Source: Laetmonice hystrix
Taxonomy: Eukaryota
Assembly: GCA_965235115.1 (NCBI GenBank)
Contig: OZ249443.1
Span: 15,004,001-15,068,000, forward strand
Length of the DNA: 64,000 bases
Direction of reading: 5' to 3'
Below, in pieces: positions 52,993 through 64,000 of this stretch. The position numbers were made by a program, and so were the translations under genes. The notes below the pieces were generated by a model. It saw only the letters and a program-made list of their open reading frames with translations, did not search any database and was not told the origin of the DNA. Every line of letters starts with the position of its first letter. Position 1 is the stretch's first letter.

Positions 52993-55517
52993 ATTTTGTA
53001 AGCTTAGCAATTTTGAAGAAATATGCGTCGCCACGAGCCTCTTCAAGTGAATTCAGTGTTGATGAGGATATGTTATACAATATTTACAGGTTCCTTTTAC
53101 ATTAAATTTCCCCACGCCATATCAACACTGCATCAATACATTAGAGGCCCCGAACCCCTCGCAGTTCTGATGGACATAAAGTTTCCATTATGCCACAGCC
53201 TGGTGTTAATGTGCCAACAGCATCGTCTTGGGCCGTTTCCAAGCATCTATCCGCGCCGCCTTGCGGTGCCTGTGGGTACTACCAGCCTGGACATCACAAG
53301 AGACCCGTCATTTCTGTAGCCGATATCTTCAGGCGGGCTTAGCGTTTCTATGCATTGCTCTACAGAACCCATATCAACCCAAGGAATTCCTTTCTTTCTC
53401 TGTTTTTTGATTTCTCAGTCTCAGTTTGACCGGGCCTGGTGTTGGTTTTGGTACCGTTGTTTGGGAGACGCCCAGACAAGCGTGACGTCATGTTGGCGAG
53501 GTGACCAGTCAATATCCCAGGGTGATTTGAGGGACGGCGAGTGGTGAGCGTAGGCGTGTGATGTGGGTGATGGTCAGTGAGGGAGGAGTCGGACAGCTGT
53601 GGTCAGGACGGGGGCACAGAGTGTAATCAGCATGACTTCACTATTATGTACGTCATGACGAGTGGTGCCCGTATGTAGGACATGCGCATTCCTTCACTTG
53701 ACGTACACGATAATAGGGGGCAGTGATGATGCTATGGTATAGACATTCTTTGTACGTGTTACAAATATCTCATATTATCATGTCAGATCATAGAATACTA
53801 ACTCTTACTTTGATACTTGATATTGCCAGCTATAGGACGAAGAGTAAACCTGAAATTAGAAGAGGAGTAGATCTATACTGCCCAATTCCTAGGGGGTCGA
53901 GCAGGCTGGAAGTGTTTAACGTGGTATAGGATTATTACAAAATCTGATGCCTCAGGCGGGAATAGAGGGCAAAGCCTTCAACACGAGAGTTGTCGCTTCT
54001 CCCCGCTCTGGAGGCGGATTCAGGATTTTAGAAAAGGGAGGGGGGGGGGTCTGAGTGGTCAACTAGGTTTTCATTCTATCTCTCTTTTTTTTAAAATCTA
54101 TTTTTGAATGGAGGGGGTGCACCCCCCACTCCCATCGGATGCTTACATAGGCCTACTTTTCTTCTACGAAAAAGATAGTATTTTGTTCACCAGAGCCTAC
54201 CTTGCAAGACATTACTATTTAAGCGCAGGAATGTTTATAATTGATATAACAGAAAGCCCCTACAAGTCTGAAACGATTATTAGCGTGTCCAGTATAATCT
54301 TGTTGTAATAAATCAGACAGCCGACCTCTCACTGTAGACGGCTGTTACATGTGTAAGCCTCCTCAGGACGAAATCAATATCATTCTTCTACAGGTTCTTT
54401 ACAGCCGCATTATAGGAGCACTGAAGGTCGTAACATAAATCTGAAGACTGGAGAGAGAGACCAAAACGAACAGGAGAGGTTAATGTAAGACATGTTGTGT
54501 CTGGAAGGGAAAGTGCCGGGATAAAGGAGCAATATAGCCTCCATGTCTGATGTATAGCGAGGTCATCTAATGGATCTCAGCGCCACCTGTCGGCTGGTTG
54601 ATTTATCCTTGTCTACCGAAGGAGACGATGACCAGGGCGCCAAGGTCAAGGCCTTGGGGTCATGCCCCCCACGGGCGTCTGTATTGTTGACCTGTACAAG
54701 TCGCCTGTGAACCTCAGTCACCTGGCCAATTCAGAACGTTTCATCGAATACCGGCTTTAATTCCAGGCCATGAAAGACAGCACTATTACCGTATGATGCA
54801 GGTCCATTCAAAGACGCCCAGGGAGGTACCTACAAAAAAGGTCATATGTACTTGGTGAAAGTAGACGTAATCTTTGAGTTTTCTTAAAGTAAATATTGAC
54901 CAAGTGGCGGCAGCATAGATCTCCCTCGGTCATCGCCATGATTTGTGCGTATATTTGCCCTTGAAAATTGGTCAACCATCGTTTAAAAGATAACGCTATC
55001 TTCGTAACATTAAAAACCCCGATTCGAAAAGTTCCATGTCCCCGTTTATTTACTCGTGATCAGAAATATCACATGGCGAAATTAATTTCAGTACATCGAT
55101 ATGTCATTACACTCCATGACTACGATATATGTTTTCATCAAGAGACGTATAGATGAGACTATATTTCATTCCAAAAGATTATTTAATGGTCTGAACTGAT
55201 TTGAGTTCAGAATCCAGTAAGAGCAGACAGTAGGAACACCAAAGTAGACCACTTGACACATAAAGCTGTTTTTCACTGGTTGTTTTATATCACGGCACTT
55301 CTTTCATCGTATTTTTTTCACTCCCCCTCGGCACCCCCGTTTGGACCAAGGTGCTCGTGTCAGATAATCTCCCTGAAGGTTAAACAGACTGAAATGTTGA
55401 ACTCGAGAAAGGTCAAAGTTGACGCCCACGAAGCAGTCTTGGAGCGACCAGTTCATTCATTAGCTGTGTTAGATGAGATACATTGTAAAACTGCAATCAA
55501 TCTCCTTAATAGTGCTT

Positions 55518-56262
55518 AAAGTGAGCGAGTAGGCTATTGGTGGGTTATCTTTGCGGCCTATTGGAAGGTCAAAGTGAGTTAGTAAGCTATTGGTGGGTTA
55601 TCTTTGCGGCCTATTGGAAGGTCAAAGTGAGCGAGTAGGCCATTGGTGGGTTATCTTTGCGGCCTATTGGAAGGTTAAAGTGAGCGAGTAGGCTATAGGT
55701 GGGTTATCTTTGCGGCCTATTGGAAGGTCAAAGTGAGCGAGTAGGCTATTGGTGGGTTATCTTTGCGGCCTATTGGAAGGTCAAAGTGAGCGAGTAGGCT
55801 ATTGGTGGGTTATCTTTGCGGTCTATTGGAAGGTCAAAGTGAGCGAGTAGGCTATTGGTGGGTTATCTTTGCGGCCTATTGGAAGGTCAAAGTGAGCGAG
55901 TAGGCTATTGGTGGGTTATCTTTGCGGCCTATTGGAAGGTTAAAGTGAGCGAGTAGGCTATGGGTGGGTTATCTTTGCGGCCTATTGGAAGGTCAAAGTG
56001 AGCGAGTAGGCCATTGGTGGGTTATCTTTGTGGCCTATTGGAAGGTTAAAGTGAGCGAGTAGGCTATTGGTGGGTTATCTTTGCGGCCTATTGGAAGGTC
56101 AAAGTGAGCGAGTAGGCTATTGGTGGGTTATCTTTGCGGCCTATTGGAAGGTCAAAGTGAGCGAGTAGGCTATTGGTGGGTTATCTTTGCGGTCTATTGG
56201 AAGGTCAAAGTGAGCGAGTAAGCTATTGGTGGGTTATCTTTGCGGCCTATTGGAAGGTTAAA
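55518..56262. repeat. 53-bp minisatellite, about 14 copies
   Basis: Unit aaagtgagcgagtaggctattggtgggttatctttgcggcctattggaaggtc; 7-nt shift per line. Confidence 0.95.
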
Positions 56263-56299
56263 GAAGACATGTTTAAGATATTGGAGTAGACAAATACAG

Positions 56300-56620
56300 A
56301 AAGTGGACCGAGCGAGATAAAGAGGTCCCGAGGAGGATATTATGGAGAGTGGACCGAGAGAGATAAAGAGGTCCCGAGGAAGATGTTATGGAGAGTGGAC
56401 CGAGCGAGATAAAGAGGTCCCGAGGAGGATATTATGGAGAGTGGACCGAGCGAGATAAAGAGGTCCCGAGGAAGATGTTATGGAGAGTGGACCGAGCGAG
56501 ATAAAGAGGTCCCGAGGAGGATATTATGGAGAGTGGACCGAGCGAGATAAAGAGGTCCCGAGGAGGATATTATAGAAAGTGGACCGAGCGAGATAAAGAG
56601 GTCCCGAGGAGGATGTTAAG
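56300..56620. repeat. 46-bp purine-rich minisatellite, about 7 copies
   Basis: Unit gagagtggaccgagcgagataaagaggtcccgaggaggatattatg. Confidence 0.95.
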
Positions 56621-59600
56621 GAGAACAGTGGCAGATTCAGCCGGCGGCTAAATGACCGGAACCGGAATTTGGCTATCGCCAGTTTGAGCCGCTAAACCAC
56701 ATCTCTCGTCGAATGGCGCATTGTAACGTGATATATACTTGCGCTCCCTATTGCTTGTTCTGACTGTCGTATATAACGTTATGTATTAACCATTTGTTTA
56801 TCACCATGTACCAGTTAGATAAATCAAATTCCTGGTGCTTCGTAAAAAGTTATATGTTTCCCTGCTTGAAATAAATCTTCATTTTTTTTTATCTGGAATT
56901 ATTAAAGACAGTACACGGACGATTAAGAAAAGCATGAGTCTCCACTTGCACCATGGTAGCAACTGTTATTTTATTGGAGAAATAACGTTAATAATTCACG
57001 ACTAAAGAATGACTGAAGGGAGGTGTCCATGTATCTCTGTCACTATGTAATGTCTGTGGTCATTGTAGTTCAGTGTGTTCAAGCCAAGGTCATGCCCCAG
57101 GAACAAGTGAATGACCTTGGAGTCGGCGGTACGGTATCTTCTCGCACACCGCCGCCGGAGGGCGCGCTCTCCCATACAATACTTGCTCTTTTCTGCACAC
57201 AATGGCGCCCGGACAGGTAAGGACAGGTAAGGACAGGTAGAGACGGATTGCCAGGGATCAGGACTGTCAGACTTTGATTGATGACAGTCTTAAACTACTC
57301 GTCTGGTCTCCTCTCTTGTCCTCCTGACGAGCCCATCGAGTGGTGCTTTCTCGGCAAATGTGAACGGCTCCCTCTCCGAAAATAGAAGAAGACCACGCAG
57401 ACTTGGCAAGGGATGAAAAAATTAATGGACACTGTGGCAGGACAGGGAAATTAATCATTATTGGACATGGACAAACCAAGGGACCGGTTGGAAAGCTTTT
57501 AAAGGGGTCACAGGGTTGGGCAAAGAGATGACATGTCACCGGGTGGAACTGTTGAGAAAAGGCTATACACACAGTGTATATAGCACTGGTTGAGGGCTCT
57601 TGCCTCCGTTGGTCCTCTATGGTAATGATCAGAAAAGGGGGGTTAGGAACAGGTCTAGGGGGCAGGGGGCATTCCTTTTTTGGTAGGTCTTGAGACTGGA
57701 ACTGGGTGTTAGTGTTAGGTTTGGGGCTGCAAGGGACAAGGATTTGTCTGGGTTTCATCATCTTCGTCAGCATCATCCGAAGATATATGGCCAATACATG
57801 CCAACAGTGCACAAAACAACCAATCACTTACTTGTCCCCAGTCAGTTGGCAACTTGGCACAGGCACGAGTGTCACATGGAGATAGCTCCGGCTGGGACTC
57901 TGACTTGGAGCGTTTCCTGCAGTACAAGTCAGAGACTAACGGTCAACGACCAACGGTCAGGGACTAACTGATCCTCCCAATTGTAATTCACGAGGAGCCT
58001 TCCAAGACACGCAAGGCCGGTTGGTCGGTTGCAAAAACCTCGCTCCGTCTATCAATAATAGAGTATGTTGAATCCATACTGTTTGTCTGCCTTGGTGTCA
58101 GATTGTAGACAAATATAGCACACCTTCGTGCGAATGTTTTGGTTGTTGAAGTGACTTTCAATAAATGGGACGATTAAATGCAACAAAATATATCCTGAAA
58201 GAATAAGTCGGCCCAGCTTGAAGAAGATAAGGAGCTTTTAACGTTCCATAAGCGCCTGAAGATATTCAGAGTTGCTCTCTTTTTCTTGGGGGGGGGGGGG
58301 GCGGACCCAAGTCCTCCCTAAGCTTGAAAATGGGGGGGGGGGGTCCCCTTTGCCATCCCTTGTTCAGGCGCCTGTGGTTATTTCATGGCAGTTGTTATAC
58401 CAGGGTTGTGTCTATGAGACGGCTGGGGGCCCAGATCACATTTTGGCAGACGCTGTGGTGTGACGTCATTGACGTAACTGACACGATATATAGGTCACCG
58501 GACTGACCAATGACATGGCGTCAATTGTCCACTACAATGGTTAGCCCGGGGCAGGTACGGTCAGAAATAGACGGGTTGAGAGTCATAGATAGACAGGTCT
58601 GGGATGATAGCCAAGTCACTCTAGAATCAACGGTCAACATTCTCTAGCTAGCTCTCCGCCAAATTAACCTTTAATGCAAAGCAGCTGAGGTAGCCACCAA
58701 CAAAAGACTTTACGACTTCAGATGAAATATATGTAGTCTTGCTATGTCGATTCATGGTATACTTGATGACCCCACGATAATACCATATGACCTACTTTGA
58801 CATGGGGCCGGTTCTATATATAATAACCATGACAATTATGGAACATCAAGCCTGTCCCGAATATTTTGTTGACAGAGGAGAAGTTGATTAAGAGTTTCAG
58901 TGGGCCAACTCTAACCCAGACATAGAGACGTGGAGGGTCATGATGCTACACCAAACGGATGAGCACGCTAATGATCCAGGACAATTAACATACTTGAGAA
59001 ATTAATTATTATAGCGAGTTTTGTCTCCTCCTATTGCCTGAACCACTGCCATTTATATGTACATATCACTGCTCATATATAACCTTGAAAAGTTGAAGGT
59101 CATTGTTACAAAGTAGTAGGGGTTTGGTATGCAAAAATTGAACTTTGAACTTTCAAAATGCATTATACATTTTTGTATTACCATGTTATCCGCTAGATTA
59201 CTGTCATATTCTGCTAACTCATTAAAAGCATCGGTGTTGATATGTGATCTCATATCTAAACCAAACTGTGGACAACCTTTCTAAGTCAGCCATATATTAT
59301 ATAGATGTTATTATTTTCACGATGAGTGGAGTGGACGGGCAGAAAGAGGATCAGACTATTGGTTGCCGGGTGAAAACCAAAGTCAGATGTTATGTTTTAA
59401 CATTTCATACACGCCTTCGGATGGAAGACCGCGCCAGATAAAGAATGGGAGAGTGAAAAACTCGCGGCTGCCAGTCAGTGTTGTGATTTTATATTTACCA
59501 GCGCCCTTATCACTCGGCTTCTTTAAGATGCTGGCGTATATATTTTAGGCAACAACAATATGGTTTGCTGTGAGAGAAAACAGAACTTTGGCTTTGCATC

Positions 59601-60153
59601 GTCAGAGGATCGCGTTTCTTTGGTGGGAGAATAGGTAGGGGGTATGACTCTACCGCTGACATCTGTGCCAATCTGTGGAATCTCTATCTGACTCAATATA
59701 GGGGCGTTATAATTAGTTACATATTTGAATACCCCCGGTATATAATATTTTTTAAAGTAAGGGTATCTTTGTAACGGGTACCCAGTTAACTATTGCAATG
59801 ATCCAAAGCGGGAGTTCATATAGCATCCCACTGGAATCATGTTTATAAGGTACCATTAACTTGGATGTGGTATGAGTTTATGTAACTTTGGCCCCAATAC
59901 TCTACCATTAGCAAACTTCCAAATACATGCATTCATGAGTACACGTCGACAATGACAGTTGATTTACTGTTTCCCGAACTGAGATAGCTGAGAGTCCCGC
60001 CTCAGGTCAACATGGGGTAAAAAGTAGAAAATAAAAACTCGAAGAACGCCAAGAAAAATGTATCATGTACAGGCCATAAATAGTTATCTTCTGAGGTTCA
60101 GGTTGTCACGTGATCGCGAGAACTGCCGCAGGGAGGGGAGGGGGGGGGGGGGG

Positions 60154-60330
60154 GGTCGGTGGTCGAGAGGGTCTAGGCAATGGCTGTGGGGTTGGCAACA
60201 GTTGCCAATGCCCGGCTGTGTTATCAAAGGCCGGGTGTTTAACGTTGTGTCAAGCAGTGTTTGCATATAAAAGATCCCCTGCAGCTTATCTGAATGAGTA
60301 AGGAGTTGTCCCGGTGTGCTGGTTTCTTCC
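60154..60330 (+). mobile_element. Probable SINE relic with a Deu/Nin-like central domain
   Basis: A-box-like tggtcgagagg, then tatcaaaggcc...gcatataaaagatccc...cttatctgaatgagtaaggagttgtcccggtgtgctgg. This resembles the conserved DeuSINE/NinSINE core from memory; no search was run. Confidence 0.45.
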
Positions 60331-63300
60331 CGTAGGAGGCCTATCATCTGATCATCATCACCAAACTGAATGAAGGAAAAAGACGGGCTCGCCACCACCA
60401 CCTGCACCCAAACTATGGACGGGAGGGATTTACTTGACGTATTAGGTAATATAACCCGAGCGGTTGGAGGTTGGGGTGGGGGAGTAGGGTGGGGTATAGT
60501 GTGTAGGGGTGGGGACTTTTAACGACGTTACGCCTGCAGTGCCCTGCCCCGTGATCCCCGGGAAGGGGAGGGTAAACATATCCAGCGATCCACATGTGGC
60601 ACATTGGTCTGTCTCTACGGTGATTGATGATCCTCGACCACTTCTGACCTGACCCAGTTAACGTTCACCCAACCCGCCAGTCGGTAATCTCCTATTATCG
60701 CCCACATCTACTCATATTGTACCACTCTATAATGGATTGACCAATGCAGGGGGTGGGAGTGGGGCAAGGGTAGGAGCTCCAACCCCAAACCGCCTAATAT
60801 GTACCTAAATAGAGATCTATTTCCCCTCTATTAGACGTTGTTAGGCTATTTCTCCCCAGGCCTTTTAGCACACAAACTGGAAGGTCACAAATATGTCCTT
60901 GCTATCGGACAATCAACAGTCTTCGTTTGAGGGGGGTGTCCCCGGAATAGAGAGGGAGAAATTCAAAATAAGAATATCTTCAATCTGACTTTTTTCCATG
61001 GATCCAACATTAACATGTTTTGAATGACAAGTTAGAAAATGGCCCATATGGGATAGAAGTGAGTGCTTTCAAAAGGGATGTTCCTTTCTAATATGTTTCC
61101 GTGCCCACTGTTTTTTCTTGAAGGCATGTTGACCTGTCCCCACCTCTCTTCGTGTAACCCGCTCAGCTGTCCGACTCTTACTCCTCCCTTAATTTCAACC
61201 TTTCTCTCTCCCTTCCCAAAAACCAAAATCATGTTATTCTGACCTAATTTTTTTATAACCTTGCAGTCAGAACTTCTGCTAGTATTTTCAAGTTCAAGTG
61301 GTACACTGTACATTGCGACAAACACTACCACCTGCATGTTGACGTAGATTTTAGACACGTTATAAATTGATCACTGCGGGAGAATGAATGTGATGGAATC
61401 CGTGTCAACACCGGGCCAGCTCCAGGTGCCCCATGCTGACGGTCATGTTGTTTCCAATATTAATGCCAGTCGTTTCTGACTACAAATAAAAAGACATCAG
61501 AGATGCGGTTGGTTCAGGGGAAAGGCGCCGGAGGGGCCAATTTCCTCCATTGTAAGATAGTTAAAAAACTCTATCTAATATATACATCTCATTTACTTGA
61601 GTCCTTTTTGAACCTCTTTTTTATTAGATTTCACAGGCAGATTCCCTTTTTGTTACCAGCTTCCTCGATTGCCCCCCCCCCCCTTTCCCCTAATCGTGGA
61701 TCCGCAGCCCACTCCCCATAGAGGAAATAGATAACAGACCAACAACGTTCGTAAGCAGTTTGGTGTCTTCTTCCGTAACCGGTAGACCGCCAAAAGTTCG
61801 AATTATTGGCTGTCTTGTACAGAACGATCGATGACCCTGCAGTGCTCCACGATTCACGGGTGGAGTCACTGCTTATTTAGATTCATCATATTCATTATAT
61901 TAACACACTTTAAAATCCTGGATCCATCCAGGGAGGTGGTTATATTTACTCAGCCTGAGTTAGAACACAGGCCGATGACACATCCATTGCGACAGAATAA
62001 CTGTTAAAGCTTCTTGCTACATGCAAGAAAAACATGTAGCAAGAACGTTTTTAAAAGCGTTACTCCTCGCACTGCACATACTACTACCACACAGCCTGTT
62101 AAAATACTAGATGACAGAGCCTCTGGTATCCCCTTACCGGCTTAGATCTATCAACAGCGATTGTTTTCCATGTGACCGGTTAAAGCAGACAGCCGTGACG
62201 GGTTAGACCGTCCTAGGTGATGAAACGCCTGCAACCATTGGCTCAGTGATGCGACGCACGTCACGTCAAAAAGACGTCACGTCAAATGATGACGTTACCT
62301 GACTGGACAGCAGTTTTTACTGTGAATACCCTGATTTATCACCGTCAATGTCACGGAAAATATCATGAAAGAAGATGCCTTTGGCAGCGACACAAGCTCC
62401 ATTTGTTCCTTGCCTGAATGAAGAATTGCCCCCAAGAATTGTCTCTGTTTCATGAAAGGCGTTCCACTTAGTTCCTGACTGTAAATGCCAGGTTTAGGAC
62501 CATACTTAAAAAGTAACGCAGAGGTTGCTCCAGGCCCTTAATGTAGCTAGTTCAATAGGTTTGCATAAGTTTGCACGGGGACCAAATCCTTTTTTTAAAA
62601 TAAATAATTCAATGCCTCTCTTTTAGAATGCCTGGAGAAATTAAGGCATAAGTGCATGTTCTGTAAATGCTCGGGTTCGTTCGTTGACTGTATATTTCCT
62701 GTTATTAAATGTTCAGGTTCCATATAATGGAGGGAAATGAACGGACTATCTCCCGTCTTAGTCTCTTTAATCCAATTACTTACCTATTTCATTCAATGAT
62801 CCTAATATAAGCCGATAGTTTTTTGTTGCCCAGTGGTCAAAACGTGTCACCAGGGGCTTGCAATTGGCATCACGTACAGAATGCGAAAAAATATAGGGCA
62901 TGTTTTGGCGATGACGCCCATAGTACAGACTAGACTGATGAGCCGTGTCTCCGGCACTGCAATCAGAATGCCATTTATAACATCGTTATCTTCGGTTAGA
63001 TGCATGCAAACAAAGTTGTTTTGACATGGCATAGTCTTCACTGACCGGTGCCTGCTTTCCTCACCATATAAGGTACGCCAAGGTCTGACCCACATGACGA
63101 CATCTAAACCCTGGCGCCACTCGCAAGACGGCATATCTGATGACGTGACGTCAAACGACATGTAACCATTGGCGACCAATTCACATTCACAGCACGCGCT
63201 ACAACTTTTGGGATACAATGAAACAGAAAACTACTGCCGCTTAGGAAAATGGTCATTTCATACTTTATTTCTGACAACGACATGACAGAACAAAGGAATT

Positions 63301-63410
63301 TTGTATGGAAAATTTAAGTATTTGTGATTTTCTTTCGCTATAATTGGCGACGTCGTCGCAATGATGCAGGGAAGATGGTTTATGATGACACTGACAGCAT
63401 TGTGACTCAC

Positions 63411-63595
63411 TCCAAGGCCCTAATCGTCTTGCCAGCGCGGAACATCCATCTGTAGAGATGAATGCCTTCGGTAAAACGTCTAATGATGGATCTCCAAAGA
63501 CCCTCCGCCGTATTTTACAAATTTCAACACGCGTGAAGCATGGTTGGCTCCAGAAGTAGGGTCTGTTGATGAACTCGGAAAGGTTCCAGAACCGT
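63411..63595 (-). CDS. Candidate internal coding exon of an unidentified gene
   Basis: Acceptor tatatctcag, donor GGA|GTGAGT, 61 open codons (RFWNLSEFINRPYFW...ARRLGPW) while the other two frames are closed. No family recognised. Confidence 0.3.
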
Positions 63596-64000
63596 CTGAG
63601 ATATAGATGTATATCTCCGTATACCCACTTTTAATGGATGGTGAAATGACAGGGCTAGCCATCATATACAACCGTTACCAATTCATAGAATGGATTTCAC
63701 TTTCATCTGAAATGCCAGACAGACAAGTATTGCCAAGTAGAACTATCCAATTCCAGCCAGGTTGCCAATTTTGGAACTACGTGACTCTTATTCCAACTCT
63801 TGCTTGTCATAGCATGACACATCTAGGGCACGGTTATCGAATACAAAGCGCGGGCCAAATAATTGCACGTGAATTTGACGACTGTTTTTGCATTGATGGA
63901 CACAAGTAGGTTACTCTGCAAAGCAGCAGGACTCCAACTGTTACATGACACGAACGTCAAATGTCATATTTCAACATCTTCCAGCTTTCTCTCCAGGGAC

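Noticed and set aside
57267-57971. 186-aa minus ORF and overlapping plus ORFs
   Set aside because: Several frames on both strands are open with plausible splice sites; none can be preferred without data.

Overview
Intron-rich animal genomic DNA, probably from a bilaterian invertebrate; the many prokaryote-style ORFs in the supplied track are mostly not real genes. Two multi-exon genes could be rebuilt by hand with consistent splice phases. The first is a 16-exon DUF885-family gene (+, 2091-10693, 597 aa). The second is a 10-exon PLP-dependent class I/II aminotransferase (-, 17030-10981, 412 aa), lying tail-to-tail with the first, 287 bp away. The aminotransferase appears to have two homologous, mutually exclusive first coding exons (17089-16905 and 18237-18046). 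In both genes a 60-bp tandem array has duplicated a 3' splice site. From about 19 kb to the end I recognise no protein family. That stretch holds minisatellites, MITE-like elements, a SINE-like relic, CTCF-like motifs, a strongly over-represented TAGGCCTA palindrome and a few unassigned exon-like segments. No rRNA, tRNA or CRISPR array was seen. All counts and coordinates were read by eye.
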